A stretch of DNA of 63,425 nucleotides, counting the filler, from Bigelowiella natans CCMP2755 (Eukaryota; Protista; Cercozoa), in assembly GCA_000320545.1 (NCBI GenBank). It is 4 parts of 4 records of this genome, joined end to end, with 100 filler letters (N's around TTAATTAATTAA, not from the genome) between each part and the next. Parts side by side here need not be neighbours in the genome. Positions count along the whole stretch, not along the records: positions 15,689 to 47,403 come from ADNK01002050.1; 3 more parts are not named here. One strand, 5' to 3'. The notes under the pieces were generated by a model that was not told the DNA's origin, did not search any database, and saw nothing but the letters and a program-made list of their open reading frames with translations. Below are positions 29,579 through 41,900 of this stretch, in pieces (within the stretch, counting starts at the first letter, position 1; the number at the start of each line of letters is the position of its first letter). Made by a program: the position numbers and the translations under genes.

Positions 29579-30932
29579 TGTGTGGTCTTTTGTAAACTAA
29601 ATAGAGCAGAGAACGAATTGAATCCGTTATCATCACAACTTCCACTACTAATAGTATTGCTGTCGCTACCGTAACGACGGTTCCGACGGAGGCGTACGCG
29701 ACGATTGCAACGAAGAGCTGCGGGTAGATTGACCAGAGAATCGCCGAGAAGCTCACCAAATCGATGAGCGAGGTCAGCACCGTGATGAAGAACGCGAGCG
29801 ACACGGTGCAAAACGATCGTACGTCCTCCGCAATTCGCTGATCTGGATTATCTAGGCCGTTATACGCTGAGGAGGGTGAGGAGGACGTGACAGCCAGCGC
29901 TGTCTTGTTGCTTTTATCAGCAACATCGGATACTTCGGCGGAAGATGCTTCTCCCACGCCCTCTCCTCCTGCTGTCTGCTGGTTCGTTGATATCGAGTAG
30001 AAGGCGCGGTTTGCCGTGTAGAGGCTGAGCACGCGCTCCGTCATCCATTCCCGCCACTTGAGCGCGAGCTTCTCGCGCTGGAAACGATAGAACACGGAGA
30101 CCGGTACCCCAGCAATGAGCGCGAGCCCGAAGCGCGAAACGACGGTGGAGAATCCGCTGACGTCGCGGGTATTGAGAGCAGACCAGAAGTCTCGAGATAC
30201 GTACGAGAAGACGACGGACACCCCTGACTGCAGCAGGGTAAGCGCAATGACAGTGGCTAGCATGACCTTGGCGCTGTTCTCCTCCTTGAAGTACGGAACG
30301 GACATCCTGGCATCGATTATTGTGGACATGCAGAGAAGGAGATCGTTAGATGCATGGGCTCGCTGCTCAGTGAACAAGGTTTAGGGCTAAGAGGGAGAAT
30401 AAAATGTAGAGATACTGTTGTGTATGCTCATTGCACTGCCAAATTTATACAGGTGTATGTGAAAGGAAATTGAATGTCGTAACTGCCAAAACAAGCGGAG
30501 TTGCTCTCTCACTGTCGCCATGGTATGCTTCAATTCGGGCGTCGCCGATGCTCCTTGGTTGCTAGTGGCGGCGGGGATATTCCTCTTGCTCGAGCCTTCA
30601 ACTGCACGAATCTGAAGCCGACGAGGCGCTCGTAGCGATGTAGTAGCGCGCCGGTTCGAGAAGAAACGCCCGGTTTCGACACCTCCCAATCGATCAAAGC
30701 TTTTCATCAGCGATTCGGAAGATATAGCCCCCTTCGTCTTCACCCGGCGGCCACGGAAGGTTTGTTGCATGGTAGGCCCTCCCATCGTCATCATCTTGCG
30801 TGAGGAGTGAGCCCATTTTGCCCCCTTGCTTCTCTGACCACGGACAGATCCTGTGTGGCCTTTGATACAACTAGATGTGGCAGAAAGGGCAAAGAAGAAG
30901 AGGAGGAGGGGAGGGTGGTGTCTTCGATGCAT
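26432..30932 (-). CDS. ABCD: ABC transporter subfamily D half-transporter (SbmA/BacA-like membrane domain) with bipartite leader
   Basis: DNPDQRI, EAA motif EADFRYALMRLRENAESIAFYGGE, Walker A GESGTGKSSLLRAIAGLW, Q-loop FFLPQKPY, signature LSLGEQQRLAF, Walker B AILDEATSA, H-loop VGHRPSL. First ATG at 30932. Confidence 0.93.
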
Positions 30933-31889
30933 TGTAGGGTCGATAGGGGGTCCCTTGGCCACTCAGGGCCACTCGTGCTATGTGCTTGGATGAAATTTCA
31001 GCACGAATTTGTGACAAAATCTTCGGCGGATGACGAGCATTAAATGTAAATTTAGGCAATTTGCCTTGTCGCCATTATAAAAAGTAGGATGTTTGCGAAA
31101 CGGATTCGAAATCACTTTTGATATGCAAAGTTTAGCATGTTTCAACGGTTGATTTTGGTCTAGAAGTAAAGCCAATAATTGGAGAAAATTCCATGCATTT
31201 ACATAGAACGACATCCCTCAACGATGACAAAATCCGCACGGCATTTTCTTTTCTTTTGCTCGGCCGGAATCGAAGATGAGGGTCACAAAGAATCGAATGC
31301 CACCAGCCAAGAGTTTCCACGGCACTCCAGCACGACTTCCAGTTTTCAGATCCATCACGCCATCGCATCGCTCTGGATTTGATCATGCCACTGATGTGCT
31401 GCCACGGAAACACACAATGCAACGTGCGTGCCACTGAGGCGACACAAGCAAAGAACGACCACAGTGCTGGCGGCGATCACACCACGATGATGACCAAAAG
31501 AAAAAGTCACCGCCAGCTCCAGAGCTCTTTGAAACGTTTGTGATTCGAAGTGTTGCGCAGAGCTGTGGCCCAGCAATCACAGGTGGTGGACAACATTTTT
31601 GTTTTTTTTTCATCCACCACCGCAGCAACCTTTCCAATGTGTGAATGCAATGATGGACACAGTCACATGTGTTGCATGTCCATCATACAAACGTGCACAG
31701 ACACATACCGCATGCATGCTTGCCAATCTGCAATGTGGTCAGCATCACACGCTCGCAGGCCAATTTTGCTGCATGCAGTGCACAAGCAGGGAGCATCTCT
31801 GGTGGCCTAGTCCGCTGTCATCGCGTTGCTTCCAATTTTGTTGTCGCTCCATGTGGGTTGCACCACATGCACGCCTGTTGATGGCTAAA

Positions 31890-31934
<45 letters not shown>

Positions 31935-32099
31935 AAACACAACATGCACACACATCTGTAAATAATAGAGTACATGGTGCCCCCCCCTCACATGATGCAC
32001 AAATTCAAATAGCTGCAGAGATCGAGTCACATTGCGAGAAGAGCCTATAAGATGTAGCTGTGAGGCAAAGCCTCTAGGCGGTCGTCGACAGCATTAGAG

Positions 32100-32876
32100 C
32101 TAACCAAGTGGTGTATGGAAAGCCGAACTCGACATTCTTGCCTCTATGTCCCCACTGATCAGCACGTCCATAACCTTCTGCACATCGCCATTAAATTCAT
32201 TTAAAAGTTTTAAGTTGACAATTGTATTCTTAAACCCCATCGCTCTCAGTTCCTTGAGCTGTGCTGTAAACATCCACACTCCGCCTCTTTCGGCAATATT
32301 CCGCCGTCGCCGTTTGCTTTGATCCGTCCTAGATGACTCTGGGTTGCAAGAGATTTCATTGGGTTGATTTTTCGTATCGGAATCTGTCTTCCCAGACTTG
32401 CCTCTATCATCATCATCTGTGACCACTTTCTTCTCAGGCTGAGATATAGCAGCCTTCCTTGAAGGCTTAGTGAATGAAGAGTGGGTTTTCCTTTTGCACT
32501 GACCACCGTGTCTTTTAGGGCGGATGCAAAAATTGTTCTTCGGACATTGTATTGGAGGCAAATCTTTATCCTTCATCCCCTTTCTCCGTTTTACTTTCTT
32601 CATAAAGCCTGAATCCTTCTTGAGATTCTCTTGATTTCTTGCACAGGGACCCGTGCATTCCTCAGGAACCCGATTTTTTATGCATCTATAGCAAGGAAAT
32701 TTCTTGTGGGTACAACGCACTTTTCTGAAATAACAATCCTTGCAGCAACATTTGACTTTGCTAATTTTGCAATTGGTGCAAACTACGTTATCCCTGTTCC
32801 TCTTTGTCTTCAACTCTGGTATCGATCTTACAGAAGCCAGATATTCCTTTGGAGACATTTCAATTTTATCCGACAT
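32100..32876 (-). CDS. Intronless Zn(II)2Cys6 binuclear-cluster protein with extra C-C-H-C motif and C-terminal UBA domain
   Basis: C-x2-C-x6-C-x6-C-x2-C-x8-C (CKDCYFRKVRCTHKKFPCYRCIKNRVPEEC); CPKNNFCIRPKRHGGQC; UBA pattern QLKELRAMGF...NLKLLNEFNGDVQKVMDVL. Confidence 0.8.
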   Translation of the reverse strand: MSDKIEMSPKEYLASVRSIPELKTKRNRDNVVCTNCKISKVKCCCKDCYFRKVRCTHKKFPCYRCIKNRVPEECTGPCARNQENLKKDSGFMKKVKRRKGMKDKDLPPIQCPKNNFCIRPKRHGGQCKRKTHSSFTKPSRKAAISQPEKKVVTDDDDRGKSGKTDSDTKNQPNEISCNPESSRTDQSKRRRRNIAERGGVWMFTAQLKELRAMGFKNTIVNLKLLNEFNGDVQKVMDVLISGDIEARMSSSAFHTPLG

Positions 32877-33829
32877 AGCTTGTTTGTAATTCTCCTACTG
32901 TAATTGGTATAAGTCGCAACCGAAGGTCGAGTGTTTAAATGAGGTTTGACGTAAAATAAATAAATACAATGAAATGAATGAGGGAAGTAAGAATTGATTC
33001 AGCACCCGATACAAATGCCTTCTTAAGATGTTACGATCTATCTTCAAAAATTCCCGTTGCACCCTGGTCCCTCTATTTCTCTCCCTGTCTGCTCTTCTTC
33101 ATTTACTTTAGTTCCTCTCACTACCACTTCTTCCTACGTGGATCTGAGAATCAACGGACCTGCAACCGAAGCGAGAAGTTTGGCGATTGCAAGCTGGATG
33201 CAGAAGATCAATTTAGTCAACAATACAATATGTCATGTAGAATAAGCTTAAAGGGGAAGTGGGGGAGGGGGCTTTGCAGGTTTGAGGATCCCATACTTAA
33301 TCGCTGAATGGAAAGTCAGTCAGTGCTCACAGCTTGTCCTCGGTGCTCGCGGGTGCCGGGCCTAGTGAAGAGTTCTTGACAGCTTGTACGACATGATTTG
33401 AGGGTTACCGCAACGAAGAAATCGCCACAATTTTTGTGATTCAGGAGTTTCGTTCCGGCAACGAGGTTGGAAATCCTCGACTTCGGGCCAGGAACGAGAA
33501 AACAAACCATGGGGAAAACACAGCGAAACCCCCAGCACCGCCTTGTCGCAGATGAAAAATACGACGATGGGGAAACGACATGAAAGAATAATGTCGCTGG
33601 GAAACCATCAAACAGCAGCAAAAAGGCATTGTCTTAACTCCGAGGACAATAAGAGGCCATTTACACCATAAGACTTCCGAATGTATAAGGCAAATTGATA
33701 AAATGCTCTTTCTCGCCCGCCCGAAATTTTTGCCGTTCCCTGATTCAATCTGAATGTCTCAAAAATTGTAACTCCGCAAAAAGTTGTGTTACCTTGCTCT
33801 ACGTTCAGACTAGAGGGGCCAGAGTTTCC

Positions 33830-36085
33830 ATGACTTCTTGCTCCTCGTCTTCGTCTCTTCCTCCTCCTCCTCCCCTTCTTTTCCCTTCTTCTTCTTCATC
33901 TTCTTCAGTGGCGCTTGGCGCAAGAAGTTCGCTCAACACATCGCAAATGGTTACCTCCTGTTAACCTTACACGCAAGCAGAAGTAGGGCGTGGAATCATT
34001 GAAATGACACAGATTTTGTCTATTTTCAAGGAGCAAATGAAGGGTGGAAAACTGGAATCACGGGAAGAAAAGGGGAGTTTGAATTGGGTTGAAATCCTAA
34101 ATGGTACGTACACTTTTTTGTGGCCCAAAGAAAAACTGATAAATTAGACAATGTTATTGCATTACACCACGATTAATTTATTTATTCATACGTCATATTG
34201 ATACAAAATTTGACTACATATTAAGCGTTAATCATTGTGATAATAAATTAGAATCTGCCTGTATCATTTGTGCATATGCATGTCAGATCAAATTGATTTT
34301 ATGTGGCTACAATGTGTTCATGCTTTCGTTATTCTCTCTCCTATGTGTGTGTGTGTGTGTGTGTGTGATGTGTGTTTGTGTGATGTGTGTTTTATGTGTG
34401 TATATGTGTGTATATGGATTTATTCAATCGTCTCAGATTCAGTGTCTTTGAAGTGTCCTTTTGGTTGTCGCGGCAAAATAGATTTTTACCTACACGATGA
34501 TATTTATGAAACTTCACATGACTGTGAAATGTCGAAAAAGCCGAAGCTTCCAAGTGACATGGACTACAAGCCAACTTGTCCTTATTGCGATAAACCATTC
34601 AAAATTGTATCTCTACCAAGAGACAAAAGTGAACCGCGTTTCAATTGGAAAAGTTTTTGTGCGCATATTAGCAGATGTAAATTGAATCCAGATAAATCAG
34701 AACAGAAGGATTGGGAACAACTTGGTCTTGCGTACCTCAAATTTGTCGTTCTTAGAAGAATGCCATATAACCCTGCAATTAATTATCCATTCACATATCC
34801 CGAAAAGTTCAAAAATCCCAATCAAAGCCTGCTCGTACTTCAAGGAGTGGAGGCCAAGAGAAGCAATTCGGCGAAGCAAGACTCCCGTGACGCCATCGAA
34901 AAATTGGATGAAATTCTAAGATACAGAGGGCAGAATCATAAGTCGAACGACATAACCAACCACAAAAGACCGAGAATTATAAATCTTGTCTTAAAGTATG
35001 AGGTATTTCCCTAATCACACAGTTGTACCACAACGAGTGAATCTTATCTTACGGTATATGGTTTCTTTTCTCTTTAGGTCGATTATGACAATACTGCAGA
35101 GAGACGTCTGTTGGAGGATCACATCAAGAAGAAACTAAAAGAGATTGAAGAAAGAGATATAGTGGACAACATATCGTTAAATCATATTGAACGAGGCTGT
35201 ACGAAGATTACTTTGAAGATTGAACTCCATTCTGGCAACATTGACTTGGAACAGATGGCGGAGCAGATGGCAAAATATCTGGCATACAAAGATAAGACTC
35301 CCAAGATCTTAAGAGAACATTGTAAACTCTAGTCTTAACTAATATGAAAAGTTTTCATTGATACGGCGACTATTTATCCCAAATGTATGATCGTTGTTGC
35401 AGATTTGTACGGTGATAGTACTCACGAAGCATCTTCTTCTAGTTAAAAAAATACGAAATGTGCATGAAGGTGCATGTAAAATAAGACGCTTATGTGACTC
35501 AGGTTCAAGCCTAGTTGAGGAGAAAGGAAGCCTAAATGTGAAAGTTAACCAGTCCGGTCAACAGCAGGGTAGAAAGTTGCTTTCTTTTCAAATATTGGAA
35601 TAGTAGAGATACATTTTCGACAACCTGCAGATAATCACACAAGTGCACGTAGCGATTTGGACGACACGGCAGCCTCTGCAGAGGAATCCATCTTGTCCAG
35701 CGACGAGTCTTCTGATGATGATAGTTTTCAGGGTATGTAAAAATCTCCAGATGTATTCTATTACAACAACATGCTCCACAGTGCTTGAAATTTAATTAAA
35801 TTCATACTTATACTCTCAGATTCAGTGGATTCTAAGGTTACAACTGCGGCAAAGTGTAGCGAGAACTGGGCAGCTCTCAATATGGAGAGACTGAGAGAAA
35901 AGGGGATATCAGAAGAGGACTGTCGAACGTTCGATCGAGCTTCTGATCTCTCAATGGCCGATATTGAATGCTCCAAAGTTCAGGATGCTGTTTTATTGCT
36001 CCAAAGGCGAATTCCACTGTAGTTCTGAACATGTACATTAAATCATGGATGAATAGGATATTTTATAGTCACATAAAATGTATAT

Positions 36086-36126
<41 letters not shown>

Positions 36127-38880
36127 CTGCCCCAGTCTCTCTTTCTCTGGAATGCCAAAGTTTACTAAATACAAATTTGCAAAGTTCACAAATTTACATC
36201 CAATCCAACGTAGTTTAGGTTGGAAATTCTATATTTCATATATTCAAGTGTGTGTGAGTGTTTATGTGCGGGTGTATAGATCCATCATCTTAGCCAATAT
36301 GCTTTATTCTTATGTTGATACCGTAAAACAGTGATCCCATTGCTTCTATCAAAGTGGCGAAAGCCGTACACGAAAAGAGATGGTTTAAGCAGAAGACTTT
36401 GAGTTATAATAACAATCTAATCATTGAGAGGATAGCCCAAGCTCTTAGGGAAGAGAAACGACACACGGTGAGTCACTGAATTTCCTGGATACAAATAATA
36501 AATTAGGGTAAAATACATGTTTCTACGACGCATTGATTTTTTTTTCTTACTTCAATTATTGCTTCGTTTATCTCTGTTCCATTGATACAGATATTTGCAA
36601 AGTTCACGTGCAGAATGGGGAAGCTTATTGCTATGGGTTTGGTCGCTTCCATACTTCCAAAATTAAGAGAGACCATATACAAACCACATGAGAAGTGGGG
36701 ACTATCCAACTACGATCCCAGAAAGCGTTTTAGGACACCTATTCTCATCATAATCAAGCCAATATCTAAGGTGGTCGGAACCGTGCGTGAATTGAACGAG
36801 GGATGGATGTTCGGTCAACGACTGGCGCAGGATTGCAGTTACTTTCAAGACAAAGTTGCTCTCGCAATTCACAAACCAACTGAAGGATTACTCCGAGACA
36901 ATTTCGATTCTAAAGACGACTATCTCTTCCATGTCATCACGCAGGCATCGTTCACGATGACAGAAGATTATGAAGATGAGTTTTTCAGCGGCTACAACAC
37001 TATCATAATCGATGAGGTGGATGATTTGTGTGCGAGTAACGGGGATACTGCAACTATGAAAAGGCTTCAGAGATTGAGGGAGAATGAGGAAAAATGCGGT
37101 TTTCAACCGTTCATGCTCCTCCTCTTTAGCTTCACAGACGAGAAAAAGACAATTGAGAAAGATTTTTTGGGAAAAAAATATATCTCCCTGGAGAACGCCA
37201 AGATGGTCACCAACAAGTTATCAGAACCTTTCATGCTAGACATAATGAGCAGGCAGGCACGAATTTCACGATATGATAACACCTGCGATCGTTTTAATGA
37301 AGGCTTCGGTTACAAGGAAATCAAGGGGCTTACATTCGCGGAGTACCGATGGGCTCCTTCTGGGCATGGTGCAAAGATGGACAAGTTTGCGAAAGACTTC
37401 ATCATAACAAAAGGGAACCTACCCAAAGGGTTTTCTCTTGATGGGGATGCTGACCACAATTGCAGAAAACATATTTATGAAAATTGGCTCGATGAACACG
37501 CAACAAATACGAAGAACGGACTGTATAATGTCGATAGTCCTTCCGCAGTGGTCTTCATTCCAAATCATGATAAGTCGATTCCCACGGATGCGATGTACTT
37601 GAAGCCGAAAGATGAATGCTACAGGAATTGCACAGACTCTTCTCGAGAGATTCCGAAGCAGGATTGGATAGCCAAACGAATCGAGAGCTTATGCGACATC
37701 CTTATGCATACCGTTAAAAAGGGGTTCTATCCTGTAATGCAAGTGCAAAATCCCTTTAGACCTTCTAACCCTCTTCACAGCCTCCTTTCATTCTGCCCAG
37801 ACCCGGATGCAAAAGCGAAGCGGTGGAAAGATATCGTAATTAAAATTATGCGAGGGAAGAAAGAAAGGCGCCTGACTGCGGCCAAAGTTAAGAAAATTTT
37901 CGAAGATAAAATTGAAGAGGCCTCATCGGGCGAGATCAAAGATCTCAAGGAAAACTTCATTTTTCAACGGGAATTCGATTCTGAACGATCCATGCTGCTT
38001 ACTGGCCTTCTTGATGAAGATAAGACCCTCAAAGGTAAGGAATGGGTGCTTAAGCTGACGGATAATCACACAGTTGAGGCAAACAACAAGCTTCGAGAAC
38101 TAGCCAGCTGCATGGTAGACACTCTCGAACGTCTGGAGAAGGATAACAAGGATGATGGGAGTGATTACTGTCGTCTTAACAAGAGTCTCTTCATGCCCCT
38201 TAAAAAGCTTGAGAAAAAATTAAAACGAAAATCCCAGAGCAAAGAAGCTGATGACTTTGAAGAGCTTTTAAACAGGAATGCTAAAAAGTACAAATTCGTC
38301 ATTTTCTGCAAACAGAAACATCGCCGTGGTTCAAGCTTTCCTTCTGCCTGTTCAGTACTCTTCCTAGTAAAGAACATGAATCGATGTGACATAGATCAGT
38401 CGTGTATGCGACCGACTTCTGGGGATCGAAGGAAACCAAAGCAGTATTTCCAAATTACAGTTCTTAGCAAGGAGGTTTATACAAGAATACGTAACTTATT
38501 CTTTGGTACAGGAAAAGGAGAAGGTTTTTATCCTGCGCACGAGCTAACGTGCGACATTAAACATCAAATTTGTTACTTAACGTCTCAAGTACAGAGCATG
38601 AATGAACGCTGTAGGAAAATTTGGAAAAATTACAAAGAAGCCAAAATGAGCGACCCAAATCTCAACTATCCCAACGTAAGCTAATGCATCATCTCAAGCG
38701 ACGACTATGGTAGGTACAATCAAATTGAAATCTATTTGTTTTAGGATTTGGATACGCAATCTAAAGAGGCGGAAAAATTCCTTAAAGACTTGAACAAAGA
38801 AATAGATGAGTTGAAGAAGAAGCTCCAGACACAGCGAACACACGAGAAGGGTAATCGATATTTCACATCCTATCCTTGGG

Positions 38881-38929
<49 letters not shown>

Positions 38930-41900
38930 CATATTTTAAGTTTTTATTTATTTATAAATTTATTTGTATATGTTCATGTGTGTATTTCGTGAAGATGATT
39001 GCGGAAGAATGGAGGCGCATAGAATTCGTTTGAGTTTTATGAAAACTCACGCTTACGTGTAATCAGATGTTACGAAACGCTCAATCAACATGTTGGAAGA
39101 TGTTCGGGATCAAGACTTGTCTTCAGGCGAAAAGAAAATAGAGGGAGAGGGGATATCAGAAAGAAAAAAAGAAAAATGCAATTTGAAAGAGTGCGTTGAA
39201 AGGATTATCGCTTTAAGGGATGCGGAACGAGTTGCTGGAGAGGCAAAAGAGCATATTGAAAAGGACAGAGACGCCATTCTTCAAGACAGAAAACGTTTTG
39301 AGGAAGCTAGAATTCGGATGGAACAGTGCATTCAAAAAAAAAATCTCTCTATTCCCTCATTCGATTGTCTATCAAGGTTGATGAAGTATAACATATCAAT
39401 TGAAAAAATTTTGAATTTGTGTGCTTTGTGTAGGTATTTTCTAGCATTGATTTGGGAGCGGTACAACTATCTCCTCCAGGATTGCTTTTTCAACCGTCTA
39501 AAAAATCTTGGAGACATTCGAATCATGGATAGGCTCTCCGAACTTAAGAATCTCGAAGATGAACTTAAAGAATCAACTGTGCTGTTCTATTCTGCGAGAC
39601 TCGTTCGAGTAGATGATCTCGAAGACTGCCATCACCACAAATGCCCTCCCACATTCATGGAACTGCAAAATCAACGAATCTCATCAAAGGATATACGCAC
39701 CTGTTGCATCCAGCAAATCCATCATCTTGGAGTAAAAATGTTGGACATCACGGGTTCCGTGCACAAATCTCTCAGGGATTACGATTCATTGAGAGATCCA
39801 AATCTCAAAATGACTTTTATCGAGAGAATCTTTCAACGAGAGCGCGGCTCGAAGGATTTGTGGCCACTATGGCACCAGAATTGGATCAATGAACAGATTC
39901 AGTGTATTTGTTCCAAATTAAAGCAAGAGGCTGAAGAAACGATGAACAGTATTCATGATAGCTTTCCTCTTGCCTGCGAGAAAGTGGGCAATGGACTAGG
40001 CAATTCTAACGAAAGAAATGAGACTTCGATCCAGGCATACAAACATTTCACAGCCTTATCTTTCGAAAACCAGGATGCTTTAATGAAGGGTAAAGATCAG
40101 ATTTTACAAAAAAGGACACATCATTCTGAAATTCATCAGTTAAAAATGCTAGACGAGAGCAAAAGCACCAAGGATGCAGTATATCGATGCTTTAGGCTCT
40201 TAGATGGGCTATACCAAATGACCTCTTCAGCTGAGTTTACGATAAATTTTGACGGAGACTGTGATAACTTAAAGCCCATCAATACCTGGATTGGTCAAGA
40301 TCTCAAGCGGCTCATTGCAAAGGAACGAGATCTTGGTGAGAGCAAATTCGAGTTTTTCATCGAGGAGTTCGGTGGTGAGAGTAGGGATGGAGTTCAGCCG
40401 GAACAGAAGGTTTTCATTGAAAAATCTGTGAGGGAGCAAACTAGCTTATTAGTGGAAAGGCCACTTAAGAGGCTGCTAGTCTACGTGACTGAACCTCAGA
40501 TGATGCCTATCAACGCATCTCACGCCTCCATAGATTTGGCTGAAGAACACAATTCTACTAACGGCGAAATGGATCTTGATGAGGAAGATGTTCATGAAGA
40601 TCATACGAGTGATAGCGTTACTAGTGAAGACAACAGCACTGGGAGTGACATTGATATCCCCTATTACATCGAACTGAACTGTATTAACCAGCAGAGGAAA
40701 CCCTTTAAAATCCCAGTTGATAGTAAAGAAATTGGTTTCAAAATGTTCCAGTATTTGCTATCGAAGTGGCAGACCAGTGAAGGCTTGCCCGGGAGATACG
40801 AAATTGTTGAACCATGCCCAGTCATAAAAGCATATGAAAGATTGGAAGTTCTTTTTCATGATGACAATGAACCCAAAAAGAACGAATTGTATCGTATCGT
40901 TGATCTGAACCAAGAAGAGGAGGAAGAATGTGAGGATTTGAGGGAAGGAAGGTGGTACCACCTCGACGAACTCTCTAAGAGAGGCCTTTACCACCTCATC
41001 GACGTAGATGGGTCCAAGACGTGTAATTTGGAGGACAGTATGGCATACATTTCGGACAGGAAGAAAACTCTCCTTTCTGTTAAAGTTCTGGAAATTGCCA
41101 AAGATGTGATACCGCTTGGAGCCAAAATTTATAGAAAGGTTCCAACTTTTATCGTCTCTTTTTCGGAGGAGGAGAAGATTCTACAAGTTGAAAAGGAGAA
41201 CGCAATTGTAGAGGACTTGATCACACGCTTCTTTGAAGGAAACGACGAAGTTGATAATCATTACATGTGCCTTGTGAAAGGCAATAACGTTCGCCGTCTC
41301 GAAGAAGACGACCCACTATGGAAGATAGAAAGTGAGATCAGGAGAACCAAGTCCCAATTGAGACTGTTCGAGGAGCAAAGAAACGCAGTTTTGGTGCTTG
41401 GTAACGACCATTATGAGACTCTTCTGACTAAACCTCGCCAAGCGATAGCCAAATTGAAGCAAAATGCGATTGAAAAGTTGTACGAAGGTTCAAAAGAATT
41501 GTTCACATTAGTGGGAGGAGACAATCAAAGGATTGAAGACTCATGGACTCTTGAACGTGTGAAAAGGGAGTACCCAAATATCTCTTATTTCATTCTGAAA
41601 AAGTTAAAAAAAAGCAATATCGATGTCATCTTTTCCTATCGGAGGCTACTTAAGTCGGTGGTGTATGGAAGCACATTCCATTTGCAGGCAAGACTAGAAT
41701 CAAAGAGAACGGATGTCGAGAAGTGGGTCATAGAAAATACTAAGAACGATCAGAAATACGCTTTGAATTTGAATCTTAGTTTGGTCGACGGTAGCACAAA
41801 GCACCCTATAGATTGGAAAGATACTATTCTACAATGCTGCAGAAGGTGCGTAAAGAGTTCATCTAGTAAGCTAGAATTCGCCATCGAGTGCAAAGGATTG

